A DNA stretch of 64,000 bases from a virus (lineage: Duplodnaviria; Caudoviricetes), in IMG/VR virus record IMGVR_UViG_3300008255_000118, positions 24,333-88,332 of that record; one strand, given 5' to 3'. Position 1 is the stretch's first letter. Every line of letters begins with the position of its first letter. The position numbers and the translations under genes were made by a program. Positions 39,683 to 50,389 of the stretch are shown one piece after another. The notes under the pieces were generated by a model. The model was not told the DNA's origin. It saw only the letters and a program-made list of their open reading frames with translations, and ran no database searches.

Positions 39683-40165
39683 TTAAGCTGAATACATAAT
39701 CGGGTCCATATATGAGAACTCTTGATTATGCCCTGATACTTGTCCCTCTGATATGTTCATGCCTTCTCTATTCAAGAAACAACCTCTAACAGTAGCATAG
39801 GGTACTAGTGTAGTCTTAATCAACCCTGTTGAGCTATCAACTGACTTTTTAGATCTCTTAAAGATTACTACATCCACGCCATTCTCCTGTAGAAGTACAT
39901 TGTTGACAAAGTCTTTCAATGATGGGGCGATTCTCTTTATTGAATCAGGGATACCTGTTTTAGTGAAATCTATTTCATAAAAGTCACAAGTTAAAGTACC
40001 ATTCCACTCTAATGCAGGTAACTCTGATGGTGTAAGCTCCCCTATACCAGCAATTCTACCTCTTCGAAAGGTTTCAGAAATACGTAAGTCTTTCATCTTC
40101 CCAACTGCTATTCCGTTTACTTTTATAACTGCTAAGGGTGCAGTCATTGTTCTTTGATCAGACAT
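39683..40165 (-). CDS. Tail tube protein
   Basis: 160 aa directly after sheath; I.V.G..VG.M......E....G...GIG...P.E pattern. Confidence 0.85.
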   Translation of the reverse strand: MSDQRTMTAPLAVIKVNGIAVGKMKDLRISETFRRGRIAGIGELTPSELPALEWNGTLTCDFYEIDFTKTGIPDSIKRIAPSLKDFVNNVLLQENGVDVVIFKRSKKSVDSSTGLIKTTLVPYATVRGCFLNREGMNISEGQVSGHNQEFSYMDPIMYSA

Positions 40166-40178
40166 GTCTTATTAAGTA

Positions 40179-41795
40179 TTATTTAGGGTCTATGATGAAC
40201 CCAGTTACAAACATTTTATTTACCTCAAAATTAGGCTCGAATTCATAAGAGACCCAATAAGAATCTTGTTTTGTTGTTACAAGAATGTTCTTAAAGGATA
40301 AAATTAAGTTATCCACTGTCTCTTTAGCTGTCTTTCTGCTCAAGTAGCTCTCTACCCATTGGGAGATTACTTCCTCAGAGAGTGTATTCCTATTAGGTCC
40401 TTGTGATTGACTGCCTAGTAGTTGTTTCTTCATATTAATCTCAATCTCTTTGTTTAGTTGAGAGGCAATTCGTTTTAGTGACCACAGGAAGGAGGTGCCA
40501 TTATCATTGACTATATTCTCATTATCTTGAAGAGTATTTATCCCTTGTGTAATGACAAATGATCCAATTTGTGAATCATAGTAGGTAGTTAGTACCCCAG
40601 CATCTAGAGCTTGAGTTCTTTCTCTATCAGTCAATTGATGAGACTCTCCTGAGTAGCCCAACCCTTTAAATGTTGGAGGCGTTTGGGGTTCAAGACCTAC
40701 TACTCTACCAAGAACATAAGCTGCTTTATGTAGAGAAGTCTTTACTCTAAGTTTTGTCCCACTAACTCTGTCACTTTCAAGATTAGCTCCATGAACTAGG
40801 ATAACTCTGTCACTATTAAAAGTAGCCGCCATTGTTAGACTGTTGCCAAACTCACTTTTATCTTCACCACCACCAACTACTAAAAACTTCTCATACTTAG
40901 CTTCATTCTCTAAGTGATATAATAGAGAAAGATTAATAAGTGAAGTGGCATTAACTGCACCAAAATCTACTGATAGCATATGTGTATAATCTAGATCTTT
41001 AATAGCATCTAAAGCTAAAGTTAGATTAGCAGCACTATATGTTTGAGTGCCTCCTGCGAATAACTTATTACCTACCAATGTAGCTAAGTCTGCAGGAACT
41101 ATAGCACCTGTAATAAGTGGAGTAGTTAGTATAAAGGCATTGTTAAAATCGTAATCTTTAGCCATCCAAGCAACTAACTCGTCTAATGTAGCTACTTCTG
41201 GAGAAAGAGCAATTGTTTCAGGTACAGAATCTACTGGAGCTAAATTATTGTATGGTACACCATTGGCATCTACACCTGTATAAGTACCTCTAGAAAATCT
41301 AAGTCTAAACTTAGCAATATTAGCTACTCCAGACTCTAGATTAACCCCAAAGCCTTGTGTTAAGATAGCAGAAACTTCTACTCCATTACCACAAGTACCC
41401 TCATGTCTAGACTTAACTATCATAGTACCAGCTAAAAAGGCTAGTGATACAGTAGCAGGGATAGTTGTCATTGGCCTAACATAGTATATAGTTGATACTC
41501 CCATATGTCCTTGCCCAAAGGGTTTGAATAATGGTAGAGCTATGTCCCATAACTTCCCTCCTCTTAAAAATTGTCTAAAGTCTATAAGATTATCAAATTC
41601 ATAGATCGAACCCTGTCCTTGACTTATCTCTCCATCAATCCCAGCACCGCCAGAAAAGTTTGAATTATCAGTATCTACAATTACTATCTTACCATAGTCA
41701 AGATTAGCAGGGCTATTAGATACAGCTGATTTAGTTTGTGAATACACTCCTGGTAGCTTAACTATTCTACCATTAAATACGTATGATGTTGCCAT
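40179..41795 (-). CDS. Tail sheath protein
   Basis: F.G......PGVYS N-terminus, L.AGV....D.....F.I.QGINT, Twort/SPO1-like layout. Confidence 0.92.
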   Translation of the reverse strand: MATSYVFNGRIVKLPGVYSQTKSAVSNSPANLDYGKIVIVDTDNSNFSGGAGIDGEISQGQGSIYEFDNLIDFRQFLRGGKLWDIALPLFKPFGQGHMGVSTIYYVRPMTTIPATVSLAFLAGTMIVKSRHEGTCGNGVEVSAILTQGFGVNLESGVANIAKFRLRFSRGTYTGVDANGVPYNNLAPVDSVPETIALSPEVATLDELVAWMAKDYDFNNAFILTTPLITGAIVPADLATLVGNKLFAGGTQTYSAANLTLALDAIKDLDYTHMLSVDFGAVNATSLINLSLLYHLENEAKYEKFLVVGGGEDKSEFGNSLTMAATFNSDRVILVHGANLESDRVSGTKLRVKTSLHKAAYVLGRVVGLEPQTPPTFKGLGYSGESHQLTDRERTQALDAGVLTTYYDSQIGSFVITQGINTLQDNENIVNDNGTSFLWSLKRIASQLNKEIEINMKKQLLGSQSQGPNRNTLSEEVISQWVESYLSRKTAKETVDNLILSFKNILVTTKQDSYWVSYEFEPNFEVNKMFVTGFIIDPK

Positions 41796-41801
41796 TGGTT
41801 A

Positions 41802-41951
41802 TTATTTTATTTTGTTCTTCCAATTAGTAAATGTAAATTGTTGGGTCTTGTAGAGTTTCATCAAATAGAATCTTACGTGTGGAGAAGCTCCAGTCAAATT
41901 ACAAAATTCTGTGTATGAAATTTTCTTTTTCTCTGAACTAGTTTCTCCCAT
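41802..41951 (-). CDS. Small protein upstream of sheath (49 aa, MGETSSEKKKISYTEFCNL...), absent from ORF track
   Basis: Manual translation fills the gap before the sheath gene. Confidence 0.6.
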   Translation of the reverse strand: MGETSSEKKKISYTEFCNLTGASPHVRFYLMKLYKTQQFTFTNWKNKIK

Positions 41952-42005
41952 GATCTAATTTATTTTAATATTTCTTAAAAATAAATAAATTCTACCAAAA
42001 CTACT

Positions 42006-42683
42006 CTAGTTCTTATAGAGTTTTATATTTTCAAATAAAATACTATTAATTTTCTGAGTAGTGGAAAAGTTTCTAACTCTAGTTTCATAGAAGCCTCTTA
42101 GCATAACAGCTCTTGAGAAAACATGATTAGGGACTAGATCTTCTCTTATCTGTAAATCTCTACCTGAGAGTTGTACATTCTGAAAACCAGATAACTCAAG
42201 TGAATCTAGTATAGCAATTAGACAGTTTCTAATAACATAATACATAATAAGAACTTCATGATGGTTTGATGAGGTACAAACAATAGAGAGAGACGTATTA
42301 AAGCTTCTACTAAACACCTCAGCATACTCTGTATTTAATTCATTTTGATATACTTCTTCATCTTGTCCAAGACCAATAGAATTAGTAGGGCCTAGTTCAT
42401 CACTAGCTAGTGTAACATGTACTGTTGGCTCCTGAGCTCTAGCAGAATCAAAAAATAGTCTTACATCTACCGATCTAGCCATTTCCTCAGTTCTCCCAAA
42501 GAGTGAAATAGCTTCACTCAGATAGTGATGCTTCTCCAACCCTATATCTTGAAAGATAGAGTAGAGAATAGTTTCCTGTGGTGTTGCTTGAGCTACTATA
42601 TCTTCTCTTATATATGTCAATATTCCCTTTAAAACATTATAGAATAAAACTTCAGGTACTATGTTAGTGTGTGCTGTTGCCAT
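42006..42683 (-). CDS. Tail terminator/head-tail completion protein
   Basis: Position before sheath; 225 aa. Confidence 0.6.
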   Translation of the reverse strand: MATAHTNIVPEVLFYNVLKGILTYIREDIVAQATPQETILYSIFQDIGLEKHHYLSEAISLFGRTEEMARSVDVRLFFDSARAQEPTVHVTLASDELGPTNSIGLGQDEEVYQNELNTEYAEVFSRSFNTSLSIVCTSSNHHEVLIMYYVIRNCLIAILDSLELSGFQNVQLSGRDLQIREDLVPNHVFSRAVMLRGFYETRVRNFSTTQKINSILFENIKLYKN

Positions 42684-42685
42684 GA

Positions 42686-43468
42686 TTAAAACCCTAAATT
42701 TGATAAAAAATTATCTATTGATTCATCTACTATTGATGGTATGACTGAACTTACTCTTTGTTCTGCTTTCTCAGAGAAGTTTCTAGCCTCAAAACCTGGG
42801 TGCTGCCAACTAGATTTATCAGATGCTAGACTTACTCTTCTAAAGTTAACATAACCTCCCCCTGACTCCTGCTTTCTTAAACCTTCATAAATAGAAGTCA
42901 TTTTTACATCTGCTGCTAGATTCTCATAACCAATACTCTTTAAGGTTTGTCTTAGCATAGAAGACACAGGCATTTGATACTGTGTAGGAATATCTCCCAT
43001 CCCTAGCCCTGTCTTAGAACTTTGACTTGAAGTCTGTTGTACTGCTGAATGTATTACTCTTGGCATTATGCCTGAAAAAGCTTCACTCTCGCCTAATGCA
43101 TCCGGCGTAGCAAATCTAAATGGGATGGTTAAGTAGGGATCGCCTTTCTTTGTATACTTTACTTTACTAGAGGCTAAGAAGCCTTGTTTCATATCATAGG
43201 CACCCTTACCACTTTCAATAGCATTAGGCAACCAAGCTGCTGGGTCTAAGAATACTGCTCTTGTATGTTTATCTACTTTTTCAATTGATAAAGAACTTAG
43301 ATACTGTTGTCTTGTAGAGCCTAACCCTCGTTTTACTTCGTCTGCCCAATATCTAGCAACCTCTGTTGTTACTTCCTCTACACAGTATACTACAAGATCA
43401 TCTACTTGTACTTCTGTTAAAGAGAACTCAGCAGCTAAATCAGTAGTATCTATGTTAAAGTCCAGCAC
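42686..43468 (-). CDS. Neck/head-tail joining protein
   Basis: GTG start overlapping upstream TAG; YLTIPFR, W.HPGF.ARN motifs. Confidence 0.6.
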   Translation of the reverse strand: MLDFNIDTTDLAAEFSLTEVQVDDLVVYCVEEVTTEVARYWADEVKRGLGSTRQQYLSSLSIEKVDKHTRAVFLDPAAWLPNAIESGKGAYDMKQGFLASSKVKYTKKGDPYLTIPFRFATPDALGESEAFSGIMPRVIHSAVQQTSSQSSKTGLGMGDIPTQYQMPVSSMLRQTLKSIGYENLAADVKMTSIYEGLRKQESGGGYVNFRRVSLASDKSSWQHPGFEARNFSEKAEQRVSSVIPSIVDESIDNFLSNLGF

Positions 43469-43962
43469 TATATCTGTGTATTAATTATTCTTAGTATCTC
43501 TCTACTTAGAGGTAATAGGTCTTCTGGGAGACTATCTAAAGAAACCCAATTCAGTTCTGCAAACTCTTCATTAGAAACTAATTCAGTTTCATCTCTACTT
43601 CTCAAAAGACAAAAACCCACCATTGGTTTAGCTGGGTGTATGAAAACTATACTTGATATTGGGAGAGACACTATGCCTGTCTCTTCATATGTTTCTCTAA
43701 CTGCAGCTGACAAACACCCTTCTCCCTCTTCGATAGTCCCTCCTGGGAATGTCCACTTACCATCCCTTTCATCATCTGCTATTGCTAAGCCTAATAGTAG
43801 TTGATTTCTCTTATTAAATACAACACCAACAGCTGATTTTAATTTTACTTTATCTCCTTCTTGTACTAACTCTTGTTCTTCAGCAAGAGAGTCCACAAAG
43901 GCACTAGATATCGATCTAGACTTGTCTCTTCCTATCTGTAACTTATCTATCATCTTAAACAT
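43468..43962 (-). CDS. Nudix hydrolase
   Basis: Complete Nudix box GTIEEGEGCLSAAVRETYEETGI. Confidence 0.92.
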   Translation of the reverse strand: MFKMIDKLQIGRDKSRSISSAFVDSLAEEQELVQEGDKVKLKSAVGVVFNKRNQLLLGLAIADDERDGKWTFPGGTIEEGEGCLSAAVRETYEETGIVSLPISSIVFIHPAKPMVGFCLLRSRDETELVSNEEFAELNWVSLDSLPEDLLPLSREILRIINTQI

Positions 43963-45016
43963 AAATTAATGAAAGTCTATTTGCCCAATCACTCTCTAGT
44001 TGTGTTAAATTTGTAGCAGATTGAGTTATATTGTCTTTTTGTCTCTTGATTACAACCACTCCATTTAGTAGATACCCTGAGTAAACGTACCCATCTGAAT
44101 TGTAATCTGACCTATAGTATTCTATATTAGAGGTAAGAGTGTCTACATCTTCTTTTGTCGTCGTTACTGGGGCAATATCAATCCCATATGATGGGCTTGA
44201 ATTATCTATCTCTTTTGCACTATCACTATATGTACTGTTGTTGAACAGCCAATCCCCATTATAGTTATCCAAGTCTAATACAAAGTGTGAAAGTCTCATA
44301 TTAGCTAATAATGGCATTTGAGCCCCTACATCTTGGCCTAAGTCTTTATTAAACTCTGGTGTTTGCATAACAGCCCTAGGAATATCAATAACATGATAGG
44401 CAGGGTGATGAAAATATCTTATGGAAACAGTACAGCCTTCTACATATAATGATGGGTCTAGTACAAAGTACTGACCCTCTTCAATAGTATAGTCTACACC
44501 GTTTACTAATTCTCTTAAACGAGTCTCATTATCTATATACAAGAAACATGTATCTACATATATTATACTGTAAATAGATCTGGACATTATCTTACTACTG
44601 ATTGCAGAAAGTTTGGGAAAGAGAACTTGATCTGTCAACATAACAGCATTCACTATTGTTACTCTATCCATAAAGCTAATTCTCTCTTTATTCAGGAAAG
44701 TCATTTTTACCATCCCAACTAACTCTTTGCTCCACTCCTTGAACTTAGTATCAAGATTAAGAGACTGAACTACAGCTCTAGTTTGTATTCTATTTAGAAA
44801 GACATAACCAATACCCCCACAATTTCTACAATTTACTTGTGCCTGATGGTCAGGCTTATTCCTACAAGGACACTTAATCGACTTGTCGATGAACACGTCA
44901 TAAGCCTTCCCCCATACAACACTATCAAAGTCTCTTTGCCTTAAATCTACACGGGCTTGCCCACTTAAATCAGGTGATTGCTGAATTCTTCTTGGGGTCG
45001 TACTTAAGTTATCCAT
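43955..45016 (-). CDS. Neck/head closure protein
   Basis: CPC...C..C.G.GY motif typical of Twort-like neck proteins. Confidence 0.65.
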   Translation of the reverse strand: MDNLSTTPRRIQQSPDLSGQARVDLRQRDFDSVVWGKAYDVFIDKSIKCPCRNKPDHQAQVNCRNCGGIGYVFLNRIQTRAVVQSLNLDTKFKEWSKELVGMVKMTFLNKERISFMDRVTIVNAVMLTDQVLFPKLSAISSKIMSRSIYSIIYVDTCFLYIDNETRLRELVNGVDYTIEEGQYFVLDPSLYVEGCTVSIRYFHHPAYHVIDIPRAVMQTPEFNKDLGQDVGAQMPLLANMRLSHFVLDLDNYNGDWLFNNSTYSDSAKEIDNSSPSYGIDIAPVTTTKEDVDTLTSNIEYYRSDYNSDGYVYSGYLLNGVVVIKRQKDNITQSATNLTQLESDWANRLSLIYV

Positions 45017-45017
45017 T

Positions 45018-45803
45018 CTATAGTGCTGTAAATGTTACTCCCTTGTATTTATTCTTTAAGTGTGGTAACTCCCTTTTCAGATCTGCTACATACTGAACAA
45101 TACGGGCACCATAGCCAGCATTTGTAGCTGAGGAAGTTGTTGATATACTTTGACTTAAGCCATCCACTCCAATTGATTGTGAGGCAATACCAGCGCCTAA
45201 GATAATATCTCCCATATTATTGAAGATATTAATAGCTGCTAGTTTACCAACCAAATCTAAGATGTCAGGTGGTGCTTTCTTAAATGAAGTACAATACTCC
45301 AACTGCCAATAATCTGGTATTGTGTTCATTGAGAACCAACCTAATTGTGGTGAAATACCACTGAATATTATCTTACTACCACCAGCAGATCCCATAGAAG
45401 GGACAATTTCTACCTTTCTATGGGCTGCATATGGGTCTGTTGATTTCTTCACACTAAGCCACTCTACAGGGAATATTATCTGTTTCTGTACAAGTCCAAT
45501 ACTACCAGATAATCCATAAACCTTTAGCACTGGGAAACTGGTTGGGATATACCCCCAATGTTGCCAATCATTCATCATGTAGTCAAGAGTCTCTATTACT
45601 ATTTGTTTAGTAAGTTTTAGAGCTAGATAGCCCTCTAACTCTGTTACAGCCATATCGATAAAGTCAATAATGGTGCTACGTGGCATCTCAACTCCTTGAG
45701 AATCTATTATAGGGATACCAAAGAAGTATCTCTCTTTTAACTCTTCAGGAGAAATTACTGTTTCTCCTTTACTACTGATTACTTGGAATACTTGTTGTGG
45801 CAT
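45018..45803 (-). CDS. Head-tail adaptor protein
   Basis: Position after capsid; SQSIG.DGLSQSI..T.SA...GYGARI. Confidence 0.65.
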   Translation of the reverse strand: MPQQVFQVISSKGETVISPEELKERYFFGIPIIDSQGVEMPRSTIIDFIDMAVTELEGYLALKLTKQIVIETLDYMMNDWQHWGYIPTSFPVLKVYGLSGSIGLVQKQIIFPVEWLSVKKSTDPYAAHRKVEIVPSMGSAGGSKIIFSGISPQLGWFSMNTIPDYWQLEYCTSFKKAPPDILDLVGKLAAINIFNNMGDIILGAGIASQSIGVDGLSQSISTTSSATNAGYGARIVQYVADLKRELPHLKNKYKGVTFTAL

Positions 45804-45815
45804 TAGTTTGTCTTA

Positions 45816-46490
45816 TTACTTCCCTTCTTTAATAAAGCTTATGATTATGTTAATCATCTTCTCTTTCCCATCGTTACCCTTTAGACTCTTCCAACTATCT
45901 TCTGGTACGCCCCTTTCAACTAAGATTTCTCTAAGCTGATCAATTTTTAGATCTCCCATTTTTTGACGAGCATCTTGAACTTCTGGAGATTCAACTTCTG
46001 AACTAGGGGCTATAGCATCAAATAATGATTCTTCCGTTTTAGACTTATTCTCTGCTACATCTTCACCATCTGTATAATCTGGGTCTGTTAGAGATCTGTA
46101 ATACTCTTCAGAAATAAGTACTTGTGGGCCTGGAACTGTTGGTGAGATAAGGGCTCTTTCTATAACTGATGGGTCAAGACCTAGTGATTCAGTGATTGAA
46201 CTAATTAATCTCTCAGCATTCTCACGTACTATTACAGTTACTTGCTCTTGTGTAAAAGAATCAGACTTTGTCCCAACATCTGCTAGTACTTCATCTAACT
46301 TAAATGACTCTTTCTTGGCTACTTTCTTTTCACCATGGATACTTAGAGAATTACTAGCTCCAATTAGCTTTTCTGCCACTTCTCTCTCATACTCTTCAAT
46401 TGATACTCCCTCAGAATCAAACTTCACTTCTCCAAAGCTTGTTATTCTGGAATGCTCTGAACTTGTCGTCACAATCTTTACTTTACTCAT
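45816..46490 (-). CDS. Hypothetical head-region protein with C-terminal HeH/LEM-like helix pair
   Basis: DLKIDQLREIL.E.GV.......GKEKMI..I. Confidence 0.55.
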   Translation of the reverse strand: MSKVKIVTTSSEHSRITSFGEVKFDSEGVSIEEYEREVAEKLIGASNSLSIHGEKKVAKKESFKLDEVLADVGTKSDSFTQEQVTVIVRENAERLISSITESLGLDPSVIERALISPTVPGPQVLISEEYYRSLTDPDYTDGEDVAENKSKTEESLFDAIAPSSEVESPEVQDARQKMGDLKIDQLREILVERGVPEDSWKSLKGNDGKEKMINIIISFIKEGK

Positions 46491-46528
46491 AATCGAATTT
46501 TTAGTTATTAATTAAGATCTAAATATAG

Positions 46529-46567
46529 AAAAAAGCCCTAAGACTTACCAAGTAAATCAAAGGACTT
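46529..46567 (-). terminator. Rho-independent terminator after major capsid gene
   Basis: Minus strand AAGTCCT-TTGATTTAC-TTG-GTAAGTCTT-AGGGCTT hairpin followed by a T run. Confidence 0.6.
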
Positions 46568-46643
46568 TTTAAAGTAGAGAGTGATTGTAAGCCGAATTTA
46601 AAAATTTTGTCTCTTTTGTCTCTTAGACTTAGTATCTAATTAC

Positions 46644-48158
46644 TTAGGCTACTACTCTATCTTTTCGACCAATATTGATAAATCTGATAATCTTACCAGG
46701 AGCATAAACAATTGGAGTACCATAAAGAAGAACCATGAATCTTCGGGCTGGGCCTAAGATTGCTAAATCCATCTTCATTAAAGGTGCTAATTGTTTGAAT
46801 TCATAAACATCTGTATCATGTTGTGTCAAGTAGGCATTTTCAGTTCCTGGTAAGTATCTGTTACGATCTCTTACTTTTCCAACTGCTGCACCATCAACTC
46901 CATTAGCTAAAGAACCACGTTTTGCATCAGAGCCTGTTACTGGCACTGTCATAATTGGGTAGAACATTGTTGTTGCTGCTGCACCTTGAGCTCCTGTTTG
47001 GCTACGATAAACGATATAGGCATTAGGAGTATAAGCACCTACACCTGCAGTAAACTCTAAATCTACTGAATCAGTTACATTAGTGATAGTCACCACTGCT
47101 GGGACTAACATTAAACTAGATTCACCATATCGATTAATAGCAGAGACTGCATATCTTACATCTCCAATACTATCATCAAATCTAGATGAAGTGTCATCAT
47201 TTACCACTACAGCACCAACATATACTGGGGCAGTAGGAGCTTTTGGAGAAGTTTGTACTGAATTGCCTAATCTACCTTGGCCTTTGGTAGCGAAGATATC
47301 ATATTCAAAGTCAATTTTACCATATTGTGATTGGAAGCCTGGTACATAGGTACCACCAATTACGCCATTGTTGTTGTTACCTGTGTTAGAACCAACAAGC
47401 ATTCTTTGTCTTGCATAATAGTTTTCAGCAAAATCGGACAATACTACTGGAGGAGCTATCAAGAAGTTTGGCTGAGCAAATTGATTGATCAAAACTTCAC
47501 AGGCACCATTAATAGTTTGTTCTTTCATGGTTTTACCTCTCAAGTCAACTACTAGAGGAGAAGCCATATACTCATTAAGGGTAGAGTAGTTTTCATTATT
47601 CATGTGTTGAGAATAGATCCCGTTGTATTCTTGTCTTACAACTTTATCATCACCAAAGAACAAGCCTTTGTTAGCTTTTCTCAAAATCCACAAAATACCA
47701 TTTGTAGTTTCTCTCTGAATAAGACTACCAATCTTGGTCGTTACTAGTTCCATTGGGTGGGTAACTGATTTAGTCACACCAAGGAACTTAACGTGTTCGG
47801 CACGTCTTAAGTATTCAGAATCTTCTTCTTCTGGTAATTCACCTTCATTGTTAAAGCCACCTCGATCAGCACCATAAGATGTTAATTGATTAAACTCTTC
47901 AACTGTATTATAAGCTGCTGACTTAGGGAACTTTTTCCACAAACGGATATCTGATTCTCTAAATTCTAACATCTTTAAGGAGCTTTCTAGTGACTCTACT
48001 TTTAGAGCACCAGAATTCGTTTGGTCTGAGTTGCCAATAGCGCCACCCTGTAATTGACCTGCTTCTAAAGCCTTGCTTAATTCTGCTAAATCTCCGCCTG
48101 AAACTGCATCAAATCCACCATAATCAGAAAGACCTATAGATAAAGGAACTTCTTTCAT
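46644..48158 (-). CDS. Major capsid protein
   Basis: GALKVESLE..LK.L, AYNTVEEFNQL..YG, KFL..T..V, PLMKM.LA; Twort/SPO1-type. Confidence 0.93.
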   Translation of the reverse strand: MKEVPLSIGLSDYGGFDAVSGGDLAELSKALEAGQLQGGAIGNSDQTNSGALKVESLESSLKMLEFRESDIRLWKKFPKSAAYNTVEEFNQLTSYGADRGGFNNEGELPEEEDSEYLRRAEHVKFLGVTKSVTHPMELVTTKIGSLIQRETTNGILWILRKANKGLFFGDDKVVRQEYNGIYSQHMNNENYSTLNEYMASPLVVDLRGKTMKEQTINGACEVLINQFAQPNFLIAPPVVLSDFAENYYARQRMLVGSNTGNNNNGVIGGTYVPGFQSQYGKIDFEYDIFATKGQGRLGNSVQTSPKAPTAPVYVGAVVVNDDTSSRFDDSIGDVRYAVSAINRYGESSLMLVPAVVTITNVTDSVDLEFTAGVGAYTPNAYIVYRSQTGAQGAAATTMFYPIMTVPVTGSDAKRGSLANGVDGAAVGKVRDRNRYLPGTENAYLTQHDTDVYEFKQLAPLMKMDLAILGPARRFMVLLYGTPIVYAPGKIIRFINIGRKDRVVA

Positions 48159-48224
48159 GTTTTTATTTTATTAAATTTTTAATACGATTATAGAATGGTG
48201 TACAGTTTCAAATATATTCTTAGA

Positions 48225-49775
48225 CTAGTTTCCTAGTGTATAGCCACTTTTTAGTAACCCTTTAACTAGAGTTTCAGTTACTACATTCGATTGTTCAAAT
48301 TGCATTACTGCATTTGCTAATTGTTGATCAGTTATCCTACCATCTGACATACAGGCTTTTTCAAGTGTATCACAAATAAGTCTCTTATCACCTCTAGCAG
48401 ATAAAACATTTAGACTAGCTTCTTCATCTTGTAATCCCTTTTTCAAGAAACTTTTAGTTGTTACTGTTCTTCTGCCCATTGATTGACCTCTTAGTTCCTC
48501 AACTTCTCTATCAATAGCCTCTAAACTCTCTTCAGCTTTCTGTAACTTAGAAGTTAGAGCTTCATTAAGATCCAATGCCTTTTCAAAATTGGCATTAGCT
48601 TTCTCAAGAGAACTATTAAAGGCATCCATTTTATCTCCTAAAGAATTTTCTACTCTTTCTAGTAGCCCTTTAATTAAAAGATTTGAGTCTTCAGTAGGTA
48701 GAGCTTTTTTTAGTTTGACTTTGCCTTCTCCACCTTTTTCTTCTTCTTCTTCCCCTTCTTTTTCTTCTTCTTCTTCCCCTTCTTTTTCTTCTTCTTCTTC
48801 ATTATCAACAGGGAGAGTTTCTTTACCTTTCTTTAGTATGTTAAGAATCTCTACCATACCCTTTTCAAGATTATCAAGTCTAATTTCAGATGTTGAAACT
48901 TCTTCTGATACTTCAACTTTCTTAACCTCGTCTAAGCCTAAATTCTCTAATGCCTTTTGAAGTGCGCTTGAACTAACACCTTCTTTTGTAGTCTCTAATT
49001 TCATAATGGTTGCTTTATTACTTTTTTCAAGTTCTAGAGTAAATTTAAAAAAGTTCTCTAGAGTCTCATACGTTGAGTCAGGGAATCTTTTACCTACTAT
49101 ATCTAAAACTTCACTTTTTGTTAAAAATTCTTCTTCTCCCTCTTCTTTTTTCTTTCTCTTCTTCTTAGCCCCACTCAAAGATTCTTTTATTAGAGGGTTT
49201 TTACTTTCACCAATCTCTGACCCAGTCCCTTCTGAGATGATATCCCCCTTAATTAACTGGAAGTCACTCTCTATCATACCCTTAACAAGTCTTACAATAG
49301 CATCTTTGTTTTTAGGTGAAGGAGTAACAGCACAACCTGTTATATCAGCCTTTTCAACATACTCTTTTGTGATAGGGTCTCTGAACTGTGTAGCTGTACC
49401 TTCTAAAGATAAGCCTAGAGACAAACCCTGTCCCTCTAAAACTTGTTGTAATTGATAGACTTGTTGAGCCATTGGGTTTTCAGCAAACAGTTCAAAATCT
49501 AAATTCATCTCATTTCGACTCTTATCTAGACTATAACTTGTTGGTTTGCCAATAATTGCCATTGGGTTCTTGTTACTCTGGTGATGCCAGTTCATAAAAC
49601 CTTCTGTCATTATTGGCTCCATATTAAAACCATTTGGGTCTAATACTTGACCATCAGTATCTTTTGATGTTGATGACATAACACCACTCATTTTGAGAAT
49701 TTCTTTCCCGTTTTTGTCAATTGACTTAGAAAGTGTTAGAGGCATGTAAGCTCTAAAGTTCTCTTGAGTGTTCAT
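48225..49775 (-). CDS. Prohead protease fused to scaffold domain
   Basis: G..SS..KD.DG..L.P.G, NWHH, LSLEG, ITGCAVT..P.N; acidic coiled-coil C-terminal half. Confidence 0.85.
   Translation of the reverse strand: MNTQENFRAYMPLTLSKSIDKNGKEILKMSGVMSSTSKDTDGQVLDPNGFNMEPIMTEGFMNWHHQSNKNPMAIIGKPTSYSLDKSRNEMNLDFELFAENPMAQQVYQLQQVLEGQGLSLGLSLEGTATQFRDPITKEYVEKADITGCAVTPSPKNKDAIVRLVKGMIESDFQLIKGDIISEGTGSEIGESKNPLIKESLSGAKKKRKKKEEGEEEFLTKSEVLDIVGKRFPDSTYETLENFFKFTLELEKSNKATIMKLETTKEGVSSSALQKALENLGLDEVKKVEVSEEVSTSEIRLDNLEKGMVEILNILKKGKETLPVDNEEEEEKEGEEEEEKEGEEEEEKGGEGKVKLKKALPTEDSNLLIKGLLERVENSLGDKMDAFNSSLEKANANFEKALDLNEALTSKLQKAEESLEAIDREVEELRGQSMGRRTVTTKSFLKKGLQDEEASLNVLSARGDKRLICDTLEKACMSDGRITDQQLANAVMQFEQSNVVTETLVKGLLKSGYTLGN
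48735..48800. repeat. 24-bp tandem repeat encoding (EEEEEKEG)n in scaffold
   Basis: Seen directly in sequence. Confidence 0.85.
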
Positions 49776-49776
49776 G

Positions 49777-50343
49777 TTATACTGGTAATACTGTAACTAT
49801 TACAGTGTCTGTTGCTACTAGTGTATCTCCATTAGTAGCTGTGATTTTGAATATGTAATCTCCTGCACTAGTATCAATACCAGTGATAGATGGAGTTAGT
49901 ATTGTTGTATCGTCAAATACTGGCGTTCCTACTCCAGTTTTTGATTCTAGTGACCATAAGATATCAGTTATGGCAGCTGAACCTGGGTCTGTTACTACCC
50001 CTGCTAAGAGTACAGCTCCTGTGCCATTAACTACTCCTGTTTGATCAGCTCCTGCTGAAATAATTGGCCTTACTAATAGATTTAATGGACTAGCTTCATT
50101 GAGATCTATAACAGTTAAGTTAAGATTTAGTAGTTTTGCTAGAGCTACTATTGCTTGAAAATTGCCTTCTGTTTCTTGTAAGTCAATACCTGCTACAATA
50201 GCAGCATCCCCCTCAATAATCTCCATGTTGGTGAAACGAGTATCAGCTCCTGGTACTGCAAGTACTGCATTAGTACCAAAGATATCAACTTTAATTTCAG
50301 CTTGTACAGACCCATCTGCTGATTCTAGAATAAGTGTCTTCAT
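49777..50343 (-). CDS. Ig/PKD-domain protein, possible capsid decoration
   Basis: AGADQT...L.G..TD....I....WS......G.Y.FK.TATN......D.V.VTV. Confidence 0.7.
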   Translation of the reverse strand: MKTLILESADGSVQAEIKVDIFGTNAVLAVPGADTRFTNMEIIEGDAAIVAGIDLQETEGNFQAIVALAKLLNLNLTVIDLNEASPLNLLVRPIISAGADQTGVVNGTGAVLLAGVVTDPGSAAITDILWSLESKTGVGTPVFDDTTILTPSITGIDTSAGDYIFKITATNGDTLVATDTVIVTVLPV

Positions 50344-50389
50344 TTTATGACTTTTAATTATAGAGGTAAAGATAAGAAAATTCTTTAAA

